Shown here in pieces: positions 37,662 to 46,402 of a stretch of 64,000 nt of DNA. A program made the position numbers and the translations under genes. The first letter of the stretch is position 1; every line of letters begins with the position of its first letter. The notes beneath the pieces are model-generated. The model saw only the letters and a list, made by a program, of their open reading frames with translations, was not told the origin of the DNA and searched no databases. The stretch comes from a virus: positions 1 through 64,000 of IMG/VR virus record IMGVR_UViG_3300046167_000733; one strand, 5' to 3'.

Positions 37662-38311
37662 CAAAAGCATATGTAATAACAATATTAGAGAATGAAAAGT
37701 CTGTCAAGGTTGCTAACAGATGTATAAGTTCCGCAAAGGTTCAAGGGTTGGAGGTGGAGAAGTTTCCTGCGATTACTCCAAAAGATGACCCCATAAAACT
37801 CTTACAGGATAAAGGCATTGACCCAAATGTATTTGATGAAGTCTACTCACGTAATCTAAATTGTATTGCCGCGTTTCTGTCACACTATTCTCTCTGGGAG
37901 AAGTGCGCAAAGGGTAATGAAAACTTTGTTATATTCGAACACGATGCCTTTGTATTTTCACCTGTTCCTGTCAACGCAAACTTTACATATGTAATGAATA
38001 TAGGTCAACCCTCTTATGGTAGTTATGCAACACCATCTGTATTAGGAATCAATCCCCTGACCACAAAGAGATACTTTGGTGGGGCACACGCATATATGGT
38101 AACTCCTACAGGGGCAAAACTACTTGTAGAGAATGCACCTTTACACGCACGACCTACTGATATCTATATGAACCTTGCAACGTTTCCTTGGTTACAAGAA
38201 TACTATCCCTTTGTTGCTGATGCAAGAGATAGTTTCACTACGATACAAGTAGAACGAGGGTGTACCGCGAAACATAACTACAGAGATGGATATGAGATAA
38301 TCGATGCGTGA
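37658..38311 (+). CDS. glycosyltransferase family 25
   Basis: AAFLSHYSLW, IFEHDA, AHAYMVTPTGAKLL. Confidence 0.82.
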   Translation: MTKAYVITILENEKSVKVANRCISSAKVQGLEVEKFPAITPKDDPIKLLQDKGIDPNVFDEVYSRNLNCIAAFLSHYSLWEKCAKGNENFVIFEHDAFVFSPVPVNANFTYVMNIGQPSYGSYATPSVLGINPLTTKRYFGGAHAYMVTPTGAKLLVENAPLHARPTDIYMNLATFPWLQEYYPFVADARDSFTTIQVERGCTAKHNYRDGYEIIDA

Positions 38312-38952
38312 GGTATTTTTAACAGGATGTGATAAAAAAACTGAGTGGCAACTCCCTTGGTTTATAAATAACTTTAATAGGTTTGTTCCTAGCGGAGACC
38401 TAGTGATTGCTGACTTTGGTATGAGTGAAGAGATGTTGAGTCATATCTCAATGTTTGAAGTGATACCTATACAGTCTGGAGAGAAGGGTTGGTTCAAGAA
38501 ACCTCGTGCTATGCTTGCCGCATCTTCTCTACCTAAAGTAAAGAAAGGTATGTTGGTTAGATACTGACTGTGAGATTGCAGGACGTGTTGACCATATATT
38601 TGATTTGAGTGAACCGCATAAACTAGGAATGGTAGAAGACAGACCTTGGACGGCACGAAGAAATGAACTTGGTAAATGGTATAATAGTGGTGTTGTTTTG
38701 ATAGAAGGAACACCCAAGATACTGAAGGATTGGGCAAACGAATGTTTATCTAACCCTGTTCAAGGTGACCAAGAAGTATTGTATCTTATGATGGGAGGAG
38801 ATGAGATAAAGAAACTATCCTTTATCAATCCTTTGCCTCACACATACAATACTTTAAGATTAGACTATATAGATAATATCGCAGTAGAAAACCCAAGAAT
38901 AATTCATCATACTGGTGAGAAGGGAAATCAAGTAATAAGGAAACAGTTATGA
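38304..38952 (+). CDS. nucleotide-diphospho-sugar transferase (GT-A; indel near 38550)
   Basis: WFKKP, WLDTDCE, YNSGVV, GDQEVL, IIHHTG. Confidence 0.75.
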
Positions 38953-39158
38953 AGAACGCACATTTGATAAACGCATTAATAAAGAAACTAGAGGGTGAGA
39001 TTGCAGTTGCAGAAGCAAATGTAAGTGTCTACCTACAGAACCCTGCAGGTATTGGAGAACATTCTGATATCGTGGAATCTATCGAAACAGAAATCGGTAA
39101 GATGGCAGAAGCACAAGATAAGATAGAGGCATGTCAACGAGTACTCTCTAATGTATGA
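38949..39158 (+). CDS. small conserved marine-phage hypothetical protein
   Basis: ANVSVYLQNPAGIGEHSDIVE. Confidence 0.7.
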   Translation: MKNAHLINALIKKLEGEIAVAEANVSVYLQNPAGIGEHSDIVESIETEIGKMAEAQDKIEACQRVLSNV

Positions 39159-39600
39159 GTACAAATGTAAGATAGTCAAAATCATTGACGGTGACACTGT
39201 TGATGTTGACATTGACTTAGGGTTTGGTATGTGGGTACATAAAGAACGTATTCGTTTATTTGGTATCGATACCCCTGAGTCACGTACAAGAGACTTAGAA
39301 GAAAAACACTTTGGTCTCAAAGCAAAACAATTTCTTACCGATATGCTAAATGACCCCAAGGGTATTAAACTTGTTACCAAGAAAGATGGCAAGGGTAAGT
39401 ACGGACGCATACTGGGCGAACTCTGGAGATGCGGCAACTTCGGTGACCAATCCATAAATGATTATATGATTGAGAAGGGGCATGCCGCCGCATACTTTGG
39501 TCAATCAAAAGAACTGATTGCAGAGAAACATATAGAGAATAGACTGAAGGTTGACCCTGAGTGGAACCCTGATACCTTTGTGTTTGGTGAAACAAAATAG
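39151..39600 (+). CDS. thermonuclease (SNase) family protein
   Basis: IIDGDTVDVDIDLGF, RIRLFGIDTPESRT, KYGRILG. Confidence 0.9.
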   Translation: MYEYKCKIVKIIDGDTVDVDIDLGFGMWVHKERIRLFGIDTPESRTRDLEEKHFGLKAKQFLTDMLNDPKGIKLVTKKDGKGKYGRILGELWRCGNFGDQSINDYMIEKGHAAAYFGQSKELIAEKHIENRLKVDPEWNPDTFVFGETK

Positions 39601-39603
39601 TGC

Positions 39604-39632
39604 TTGACTTATAACACAAAATAGTATATAAT
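39604..39632 (+). promoter_or_regulatory. sigma70-type promoter
   Basis: TTGACT-17-TATAAT. Confidence 0.75.
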
Positions 39633-39638
39633 GGTAAT

Positions 39639-40268
39639 ATGACAAAACGTGTAAACATACTTGGTAATGGTGATAGTGCAGGAATGTTCAAGAGAGGAAC
39701 CCCTGGGAAACTTCTTGTCTGCAATATGCCTCCGTTTGAGATTACACGTCAAGAAGTACACGCAACTTGTATGGTCGATTTCAAGATGATGAAGTCTCTT
39801 CAAGCAGGTCATCTTCAACTTGATATGTATGATTGGGTATTGGGTACTCGCCCAAAGATATGGATGGAACAACAAGGTTCTTTCTATTTGAGATACTCAC
39901 ATCTTGTAAGAGGTTTTTATACTCACATACCTGAGTATGTTACTGAGATTGCAGGAAGTCCACAACAGGCGGCAACCAACTTCAACTGTGGTCATTTGGC
40001 AACACACTATGCCTGTAATAAAATGAAAGCAGAAGAAGTTCATCTCTATGGGTTTGATAGTATCTTTGATATGAATCTAAATAGTTTCACTGACTTGTTA
40101 TTAGAGTCAGACCGAAGTACAGGGAACACAGTCAGATTGAATAATTGGTGGAGACCTATCTGGGAAAATATGTTTAAAGAGTTCCCTAATACTAAGTTTG
40201 TTCTTCATCATATACACCCTAACATAAAGATTAGGTTGCCTGAGAACTGCAGTATAGAAGTTAAATAA
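39639..40268 (+). CDS. DUF115/sialyltransferase-like Rossmann protein
   Basis: ILGNG.S, CN, N.GH.A, VHLYGFD. Confidence 0.6.
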   Translation: MTKRVNILGNGDSAGMFKRGTPGKLLVCNMPPFEITRQEVHATCMVDFKMMKSLQAGHLQLDMYDWVLGTRPKIWMEQQGSFYLRYSHLVRGFYTHIPEYVTEIAGSPQQAATNFNCGHLATHYACNKMKAEEVHLYGFDSIFDMNLNSFTDLLLESDRSTGNTVRLNNWWRPIWENMFKEFPNTKFVLHHIHPNIKIRLPENCSIEVK

Positions 40269-40270
40269 CT

Positions 40271-40278
40271 TATAAATA
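40271..40278 (+). promoter_or_regulatory. T4-type late promoter
   Basis: Intergenic TATAAATA. Confidence 0.7.
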
Positions 40279-40306
40279 AATATATTACTAGTAAAGGAGT
40301 AAAAAC

Positions 40307-40507
40307 ATGGAAAAACTAAAAAGTTTAGGAATGAAAATCGGTGCGAAGGTAGATGCCTTACGCGCAACAAGAAAAGGTTTATGGGTCGGTCTAGGACTTG
40401 GCATACTTAACCTTGTAGTAGGTATACCGTCTGGTAATGTTGTTATGATGGTTACAGGTGGATTATTGATTATTGTGGATGGATATGACCTATGGAAGGC
40501 AAAGTAA
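40307..40507 (+). CDS. small two-TM membrane protein
   Basis: AAGGAG RBS; hydrophobic hairpin. Confidence 0.65.
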   Translation: MEKLKSLGMKIGAKVDALRATRKGLWVGLGLGILNLVVGIPSGNVVMMVTGGLLIIVDGYDLWKAK

Positions 40508-40719
40508 ATAAATCTAGAGCAGTCTTTGCACCAGAGGATTATCCTGTGATACGCAAAGCACTTCAAATATATTTACATACCGAGAAGAGTGCCCACGAAA
40601 GTCGGATACTCTCTCGGTTACTACATCGATTACATCGTGTAGAGTATGAACACGAAAAGAATAAAAAGAATCAAAATACAGATTATGAACTATTTAACAG
40701 CGAAATGAACAAAAGGTGA
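40492..40719 (+). CDS. hypothetical protein
   Basis: ORF fills the gap on the coding strand. Confidence 0.55.
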   Translation: MEGKVNKSRAVFAPEDYPVIRKALQIYLHTEKSAHESRILSRLLHRLHRVEYEHEKNKKNQNTDYELFNSEMNKR

Positions 40720-40722
40720 AAA

Positions 40723-40899
40723 ATGACTAACGAACGATATTATGACTATATGAGAAAAAGAATTATTGAAGAGAGAAGATTAAGAGATGGCGAGGGTCAA
40801 CCCACCATCAGAAATCTTGAGAGTAGAATATCTCGTCTCGAAAGACGCATAGAGTTTTTAGAAGATAAAGACTTCGAAAGATACACAGAGAATAATTAG
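40723..40899 (+). CDS. small coiled-coil protein
   Basis: MTNERYYDYMRKRII...LESRISRLERRIEFLE; AGGTG RBS. Confidence 0.55.
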   Translation: MTNERYYDYMRKRIIEERRLRDGEGQPTIRNLESRISRLERRIEFLEDKDFERYTENN

Positions 40900-40901
40900 A
40901 C

Positions 40902-41612
40902 TTACTTAACGGGAGTTCTTTTGAATGAAGTAATACCCTTTTTCTTCATCTCTGCTTTCTTCCAATTTTTGTAGATAGCAGTTGTTGGTTCTTTGTTTAT
41001 CCAAGGTTTAAGTTTCTGCATCGCTTTATTGCATTGAGCAGTTAGGTCTTCTATTGTTGTTGTAGTTGCATTCTCTATCTCAATAAACTGTTTACCAAAC
41101 ATTCTCTTGAAATCATTACGATTTGCCTGAACTCTTTTCCAAGTCTGCGTGACTAACTTTGGTCCAATGGTTCTTTTCCTATTCTTATCTCTTTCAATAG
41201 AAGTCTCAAGTGGGGTGTTGACAAAAATCATACCAACCTCATAACCCATGTCCATCATTGCTTGACACTCTTCTTTCACATCGTCAAGGTCTTTACCTGT
41301 ACCGTCAACTATGAGACCTAATCTACCCTTCAACCATTGTTCCTTTTGTTTATCAGTAAGTATCTTTGCATCTCCACGGATTGCTTGACCCTGTGCTGAC
41401 GCAATATCATCGGGCGTCAATGTAAGTCCTGCCTTTGCGAGCATTCTTTCATAATTGGGGTCACTATTTGATACCTTCATTCCATACGCTCTTAAACCTG
41501 CCAGTGCTATGACAAAACTTTTACCTGACCCTGCGCCACCTGCCATCATGATTGCCTTGAAAGAAGCAGTGTCTTCCAAACCTTCTGATATAAAACTTTT
41601 AAAATCTAACAT
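40902..41612 (-). CDS. P-loop kinase (AAA_33 / zeta-toxin / Pnk-kinase-like) with a capsid-targeting-like N-terminus
   Basis: MLDFKSFISE; MAGGAGSGKS, NSD, LIVDGTG, FV.TPLETSIER...R. Confidence 0.8.
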   Translation of the reverse strand: MLDFKSFISEGLEDTASFKAIMMAGGAGSGKSFVIALAGLRAYGMKVSNSDPNYERMLAKAGLTLTPDDIASAQGQAIRGDAKILTDKQKEQWLKGRLGLIVDGTGKDLDDVKEECQAMMDMGYEVGMIFVNTPLETSIERDKNRKRTIGPKLVTQTWKRVQANRNDFKRMFGKQFIEIENATTTTIEDLTAQCNKAMQKLKPWINKEPTTAIYKNWKKAEMKKKGITSFKRTPVK

Positions 41613-42326
41613 TATCCTACCTTATATATTTGTTCTATGGATTCTATATTATGAAATACTCGTTGGTATTTATCTGTTTCTTTTTGTCTGCTCATATCCT
41701 CGTTGAGAATAATATTAGATACGAGTTGAACATTTTCTCTTGGTAATATTCCACCCTGTAGAGTTCTATCTGAACCCCTGTAGATATCAATCAAGTCAAA
41801 CACTTCAGTACAATGAGGTGAGAAGACTGCTTTTATTTCGTGTAACTTATGTTTACTGTTTGTGAGTGATTCGTTTCCAAGTAGGACAACAGCATCAAAA
41901 GGTTCTCCGTCATGGTTCATTCTAACCTTGTCTTGTCCTAGATGATAGAACGAATCAACTTCTACAATATCAACATCGAGGTCTTCATACAACCCACCAA
42001 ATCTATTCTCTAATCTCTTTGGTGTTGTTACACTCATCTTACCTACTCCATAATTGAACTTATGTATTGCAGGGATAAGATGGTCACCTTCACTGTGTGT
42101 AGGATTACTTGATGTCACAACAAGAATATTCTTATAATCACCTGCAAGTATCATAGCACTCATAACAGAAGCATCACTTATCAAATCAACAACATCATCA
42201 TCCTTTAAGTGCTTTTATGTATTCTCTTATATTTGCGAGAAGGTCTTTCTTGCGTTGACGATTGTTAATGACAGATTTAAACTCTCCATCAACATATCCC
42301 ATAGGTTGTGTTCTATAGCGTATCAT
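41612..42326 (-). CDS. hypothetical protein (indel near 42215)
   Basis: ATG at 42326; frame continues into ORF 41612-42184. Confidence 0.5.
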
Positions 42327-42328
42327 AA

Positions 42329-42592
42329 CTATCCCTGATATATCTTTTGTATGTGGTCTTCGAACTGTTCTACCTTCTCAAGTCTATTCTGCCACAGGAT
42401 GTAATCTTTCTCTGGGTTCTTCTTGAGGTTATTGAGTAGAGGTGTTATTGCGTTATATAGTTTATCTAGTCTGTCTTGTGTCTCGGATACTGATGTAGAT
42501 ACAGTCTCAACCTTTGCAGTTGCCTGTTGTACTGCTTCTAGTTCCTGTTCATCTACTATCGTAAAACCGAAATCGAATAAATCGTCTGCCAT
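42329..42592 (-). CDS. conserved T4-like hypothetical protein
   Basis: FDFGFT.VDE.EL..LL.NLKKNPEKDYILW.NR; late promoter upstream. Confidence 0.75.
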   Translation of the reverse strand: MADDLFDFGFTIVDEQELEAVQQATAKVETVSTSVSETQDRLDKLYNAITPLLNNLKKNPEKDYILWQNRLEKVEQFEDHIQKIYQG

Positions 42593-42610
42593 TTGTAAAT
42601 CTCCTAGTTC

Positions 42611-42618
42611 TATTTATA
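42611..42618 (-). promoter_or_regulatory. T4-type late promoter (minus strand)
   Basis: TATTTATA = TATAAATA on the minus strand, upstream of an AGGAG RBS. Confidence 0.75.
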
Positions 42619-42661
42619 TAAAAAATAATTACAAAAAAGTGAAAAAAAATGAATTATTCAC

Positions 42662-42690
42662 TTGACAAAAGATGTTTCATATGTTACTGT
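42662..42690 (+). promoter_or_regulatory. sigma70-type early promoter
   Basis: TTGACA-17-TACTGT; shares TATGTTACTGTAAGACATAATAAGAAA with the promoter at 846. Confidence 0.8.
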
Positions 42691-42727
42691 AAGACATAAT
42701 AAGAAATATATAGAAAGGAAAATTATT

Positions 42728-43018
42728 ATGAATTATTTAAATACTATAACAAAAACTAACGTTGACAGACTGATAGGTTTGCTTGACCCTGATAGTGGTG
42801 TATCAGTAACACGAAATGTGTACCCTGATATGATAAACCCTAAAGGTCATGTTACTCACAAGTATATAGTTGACACTATAAATCGTGATGCTAAACTAAG
42901 TAAACTCAACACTAAAGATAAAACATATCTTAGAAGATTGGTACAGTCAGTCTACGGTTGCTGTTGCTTACGTAAACTAGAATTAGAAAGGAAATATTAT
43001 GAAAAAAATAGATTATGA
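42728..43018 (+). CDS. early hypothetical protein
   Basis: GAAAGGAAAATTATTATG RBS. Confidence 0.65.
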   Translation: MNYLNTITKTNVDRLIGLLDPDSGVSVTRNVYPDMINPKGHVTHKYIVDTINRDAKLSKLNTKDKTYLRRLVQSVYGCCCLRKLELERKYYEKNRL

Positions 43019-43256
43019 ATGTGAAGGTTGGGCATCTGGAGTCAATGGCGAAACAGCATCTGCTACCATTGAGTTTACTGCGACAATAGTAAACGGAAAT
43101 GCAGTTGTTGATGCTGAGTCCATTATGGTTTGGGCAGAAGGTATATCTGATTGTTCTGAAACAGTTACTGAAATGCAGTGTCCACAAGATATGATGGAAC
43201 AATGTAATGAGTACTTAGAATTTTTAGGTAATGAAGAAATATATTCATACGCATAG
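42999..43256 (+). CDS. acidic early hypothetical protein
   Basis: GAAAGGAAATATTATG RBS. Confidence 0.7.
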   Translation: MKKIDYECEGWASGVNGETASATIEFTATIVNGNAVVDAESIMVWAEGISDCSETVTEMQCPQDMMEQCNEYLEFLGNEEIYSYA

Positions 43257-43268
43257 AAAGGAAATATT

Positions 43269-43406
43269 ATGAATAATTTATGTGAAAGATGTGATGGAAG
43301 TGGAACCGAGTGGTTCAACGGAGTAGAGTCAGAAGATGACTGTATGACCTGTGACGGAACAGGCACTCAAGAAGGATGTGATGATTTATTCAGGTCCATT
43401 CGGTAA
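43269..43406 (+). CDS. 45-aa DnaJ-type CxxCxGxG zinc-finger peptide
   Basis: CERCDGSG...CMTCDGTG; GAAAGGAAATATTATG RBS. Confidence 0.7.
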   Translation: MNNLCERCDGSGTEWFNGVESEDDCMTCDGTGTQEGCDDLFRSIR

Positions 43407-43440
43407 AGTAGATTTTAGAAAATAAAATATATTATTTAGC

Positions 43441-43469
43441 TTGACAAAAGATGTTCCGTATGATACTTT
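43441..43469 (+). promoter_or_regulatory. sigma70-type early promoter
   Basis: TTGACA-17-TACTTT with TGn; core TTGACAAAAGATGTT shared with 42662. Confidence 0.75.
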
Positions 43470-43493
43470 AATAATATAAGAAAGGAACTTATT

Positions 43494-43745
43494 ATGAAAC
43501 TAGTATATGAAACGCAAATCGTAATAGAGAATAAATGTAAAGGTGGCAACATCTTTGTGTTCGATGTCTCTATTGAAGAGGCGCAGTCTGAAGACTACTC
43601 TCGTTTCTATAACGAGATGAACTTGCCAGACGGTAAAGATTATTGGGAATGTATCCGTTCCGAGTACCTCGTGGACGAATGCGATTGGGCAGAATGGTTG
43701 GATGATTGTCCAACATACCTACAGAAAGGAATAATTTATGGGTAA
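43494..43745 (+). CDS. early hypothetical protein
   Basis: GAAAGGA RBS. Confidence 0.65.
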   Translation: MKLVYETQIVIENKCKGGNIFVFDVSIEEAQSEDYSRFYNEMNLPDGKDYWECIRSEYLVDECDWAEWLDDCPTYLQKGIIYG

Positions 43746-44350
43746 TACACTAAAACTAAAATATCGAAAATATCTAGGTGAGTTTCATCTAAGACAAAAC
43801 CGTGGTGCAAGAAGAACACGCGATACTGAGAAAAGAAAGACTTATCGTGCCGAATGGGCATACACCAGAAACATGGGTGGTAAAGATATGTTCGAATCTA
43901 TTGAAGAAGCAGAGAAGTTTGCTAAAAGAATATACAAGTCTAAGACTTGGAATAAACTTTGGGAAGAAAACTTTAGGAGTTGGCAAACTGAAAATGTAGG
44001 AACTAGAAAACCTATCATACTTGCGGCACAAAGAGAGTCAAAAAGACTTGGTGGACATACAGATGGTCATAGGGTTACTCTTTATAAGAGTGGTCTTTGC
44101 AAGTATACTCTACTTCATGAACTTGCGCATTGCCTCGGTCATATGCATCATGGTCGGTCATTCCGTAAAACAGTCCTTGCTTTGGTAGGAACCTTTCCTA
44201 GGAGCAGACCATAAGAAAGAACTGAAGAGATGTTTCAAAGAACAAGGTCTCAAGTATGGAGACGCAAGGAAACCAAAAACCTTTGAACAATGGCAGAAGT
44301 CTTATACACACATGATGTTGTTGAGACATAGACAAAGGCAAGCAAAATGA
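43738..44350 (+). CDS. HExxH zinc metalloprotease-like protein (indel near 44200)
   Basis: Y.AE, LLHELAH..HHGRSF. Confidence 0.65.
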
Positions 44351-44511
44351 GTAGAGAACTATATATGGAAAGAATCAAGAATGCCTATGAAGCATCGTAT
44401 CGATGTGAAGGGGGTTCTTGGGGTCGCGGATATTGGAACAGTGTAGTTGAACAACTTCACAGGAACTATTGGCGAGGAATAGAAAAATCTAAAAATGATT
44501 TACACAGGTAA
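44347..44511 (+). CDS. small hypothetical protein
   Basis: MSRELYMERIKNAYEAS...WG..YW..V; translated by hand. Confidence 0.55.
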   Translation: MSRELYMERIKNAYEASYRCEGGSWGRGYWNSVVEQLHRNYWRGIEKSKNDLHR

Positions 44512-44517
44512 GAAGGT

Positions 44518-45060
44518 ATGAATATATTTCACGTAGATACTGACCCAAAGATTTGTGCCGAACAGATGTGTGACAAGCACGTAGTGAAGATGGTAATTGA
44601 GACTGCTCAGTTACTATCAACCACGCATCGTGTTGTAGATGGTAAAGAGTATAAGGGTAAGACAAAGTCTAATCGTAATATCAAACGTTGGTTACACCCT
44701 GACTCAGAGATGGAAACAAAACTTTACAAAGCATGTCACGTCAATCATCCCTCTACTATTTGGACAAGAGAAACATCATCAAACTATGAATGGTTGTATA
44801 CACACTTCATTGCGTTGTGTGATGAATACACTCATAGGTATGGTAAGGTACATATGACTGACACTAAGTTACGCAATACATTATCTCGAACACCTCGCAA
44901 TCTTTTACAGGGTGGAGTGACTGAGTTCAAACAATGTATGCCTGACTACTGTAAACGCAAGAACCCTATTGAGGCATATCGCGTTTACTATATTAATGAA
45001 AAGAAAGATTTCGCTAGATGGACGAAAAGAAATATTCCATCTTGGTATATTAGTGCTTGA
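44518..45060 (+). CDS. pyrimidine-dimer DNA glycosylase (DenV-like)
   Basis: MNIF..D.DP..CA...CDKHVVKMVIETAQLLST, H.NHPS..W, L..EYT.RYGK.H, AYR.YY..EK. Confidence 0.85.
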   Translation: MNIFHVDTDPKICAEQMCDKHVVKMVIETAQLLSTTHRVVDGKEYKGKTKSNRNIKRWLHPDSEMETKLYKACHVNHPSTIWTRETSSNYEWLYTHFIALCDEYTHRYGKVHMTDTKLRNTLSRTPRNLLQGGVTEFKQCMPDYCKRKNPIEAYRVYYINEKKDFARWTKRNIPSWYISA

Positions 45061-45085
45061 CTTATTGTGTAAAGTATGATATAGT
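45057..45085 (+). promoter_or_regulatory. sigma70-type promoter
   Basis: TTGACT-17-TATAGT with TGn. Confidence 0.75.
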
Positions 45086-45120
45086 ATAATATGTAACAAC
45101 TAATAATAGAAAGGTTTAAT

Positions 45121-45306
45121 ATGAATTATAGTTGGGAAAAAAGAAGACGCCGTGAAAACAAGAAAGTGGTTGAGGACATGTTCTCTGGGAACTATGACAA
45201 AGACTACAAGAAAGGCATTTCATGGGGAAATGATAATAAATATGCAGACTCACTCGTAGGTGATATCTGTCGTAATACAAGAGCATACGAAAATGACTGG
45301 AATTAA
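45121..45306 (+). CDS. small hypothetical protein
   Basis: GAAAGG RBS behind a promoter. Confidence 0.6.
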   Translation: MNYSWEKRRRRENKKVVEDMFSGNYDKDYKKGISWGNDNKYADSLVGDICRNTRAYENDWN

Positions 45307-45307
45307 T

Positions 45308-45568
45308 ATGACATACGAAGAAATAGTAAACACACTCCGAGAGGGTGTAGTAAAGTTATCCTTTACGAAAGTGAAGGATGGTGGCGTTCGTGATATGACC
45401 GCAACCTTGAAATCGGATTTGATACCCGAAGACAAGATGCCTAAAACAGACGCGAACGAGAAACTTCAGAAGAACCAAACTGCGGTACGAGTATTTGATA
45501 CTGACCTCAATGACTGGAGAAGTTTCCGCGTTGATAGTTTACTAACCTTCAATCGCGCCACCGCATAA
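45308..45568 (+). CDS. SH3/WYL-like fold protein
   Basis: V.LSFTK..G.VRDM.ATL..VFD....WRSFR.DS. Confidence 0.75.
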   Translation: MTYEEIVNTLREGVVKLSFTKVKDGGVRDMTATLKSDLIPEDKMPKTDANEKLQKNQTAVRVFDTDLNDWRSFRVDSLLTFNRATA

Positions 45569-45569
45569 T

Positions 45570-46038
45570 ATGGCAAAGAAGAAACGTAAACTCAGCTGAG
45601 GAACAACGTCTTGCCGCGAGTGAACGTCTTGCGAAAGCACGACTTGCTCGTGGGCATGATGGCAGTGCATCGGTTCATGAGGATATACGAGACTTACCTG
45701 AAGACCATGCCTTGCATTGGAAGAAAGTAAAACAGTGGATAAAGAACTGTGAACTTGATATCAAAACAAAGGACATGCGTCTGAAGAGAGACTCAAAGAA
45801 TTGGAAAGAACGTAACGAGTATACGAAACTCCAAGTCTATATTGCTAACATGAAGTCATATCTCAAAACAGGAATGTGGTTAGATATGTTTTATGGTGAT
45901 GAGATGCAACATAAAACAAGATGGACTGTTCTCAAAAAAGGTTACCATGATAATGGTGAAGTGAAACGTGTCACGGGTCTTTGGTATGATGATATCGGAG
46001 TATGGGACAAAACAAAGAAAGAAGAATATGAAAGTTGA
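45570..46038 (+). CDS. conserved T4-like hypothetical protein (indel near 45595)
   Basis: EEQR.AASERLAKAR..VKQWIK..YI.NM..YL.TG.W.D.FYG. Confidence 0.65.
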
Positions 46039-46306
46039 TTTTATACAGGGTGGAGCAGATAGTCCTACCGACGAAAAAGAAGAAAGTAATTTCTTAAACA
46101 AAAAAATGTTCAGTAAGTTGATAGAAGATACCGTAAGGAAAATGTCTATGTCTTATATGGATGCCGTAGTATATCTCTGCGAGGAGATGACAATCGAGAT
46201 TGAAGATGTTAAGAAATATCTATCAGTATCTATCAAAGAGAGGATTGAGGCAGAAGCAATGAACCTAAACTTTCTTGAGAAGTCTCACCCATTACCCACA
46301 ACATAG
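46028..46306 (+). CDS. gp33: late transcription coactivator gp33
   Basis: FS..IE..V....SYMDAVV..CEE..IE.E.V.K..S..IKE.IE.EA..LNFL; immediately upstream of gp32. Confidence 0.85.
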   Translation: MKVDFIQGGADSPTDEKEESNFLNKKMFSKLIEDTVRKMSMSYMDAVVYLCEEMTIEIEDVKKYLSVSIKERIEAEAMNLNFLEKSHPLPTT

Positions 46307-46319
46307 GAGATAAAAATGT

Positions 46320-46359
46320 TATAAATACACTTGACTTTACAGTCACAATATGATATAAT
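46320..46359 (+). promoter_or_regulatory. tandem late (TATAAATA 46320-46327) and sigma70 (TTGACT-17-TATAAT 46331-46359) promoters of gene 32
   Basis: Near-consensus elements. Confidence 0.8.
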
Positions 46360-46402
46360 ACAAACAATACAAAAAACACAAAACATACAAGGAAAAATAT
46401 AT

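Noticed and set aside
45588-45603. Stop-codon reassignment (in-frame TGA)
   Set aside because: The interruption is a frameshift, not a read-through; TAA, TAG and TGA all end genes normally in this window.
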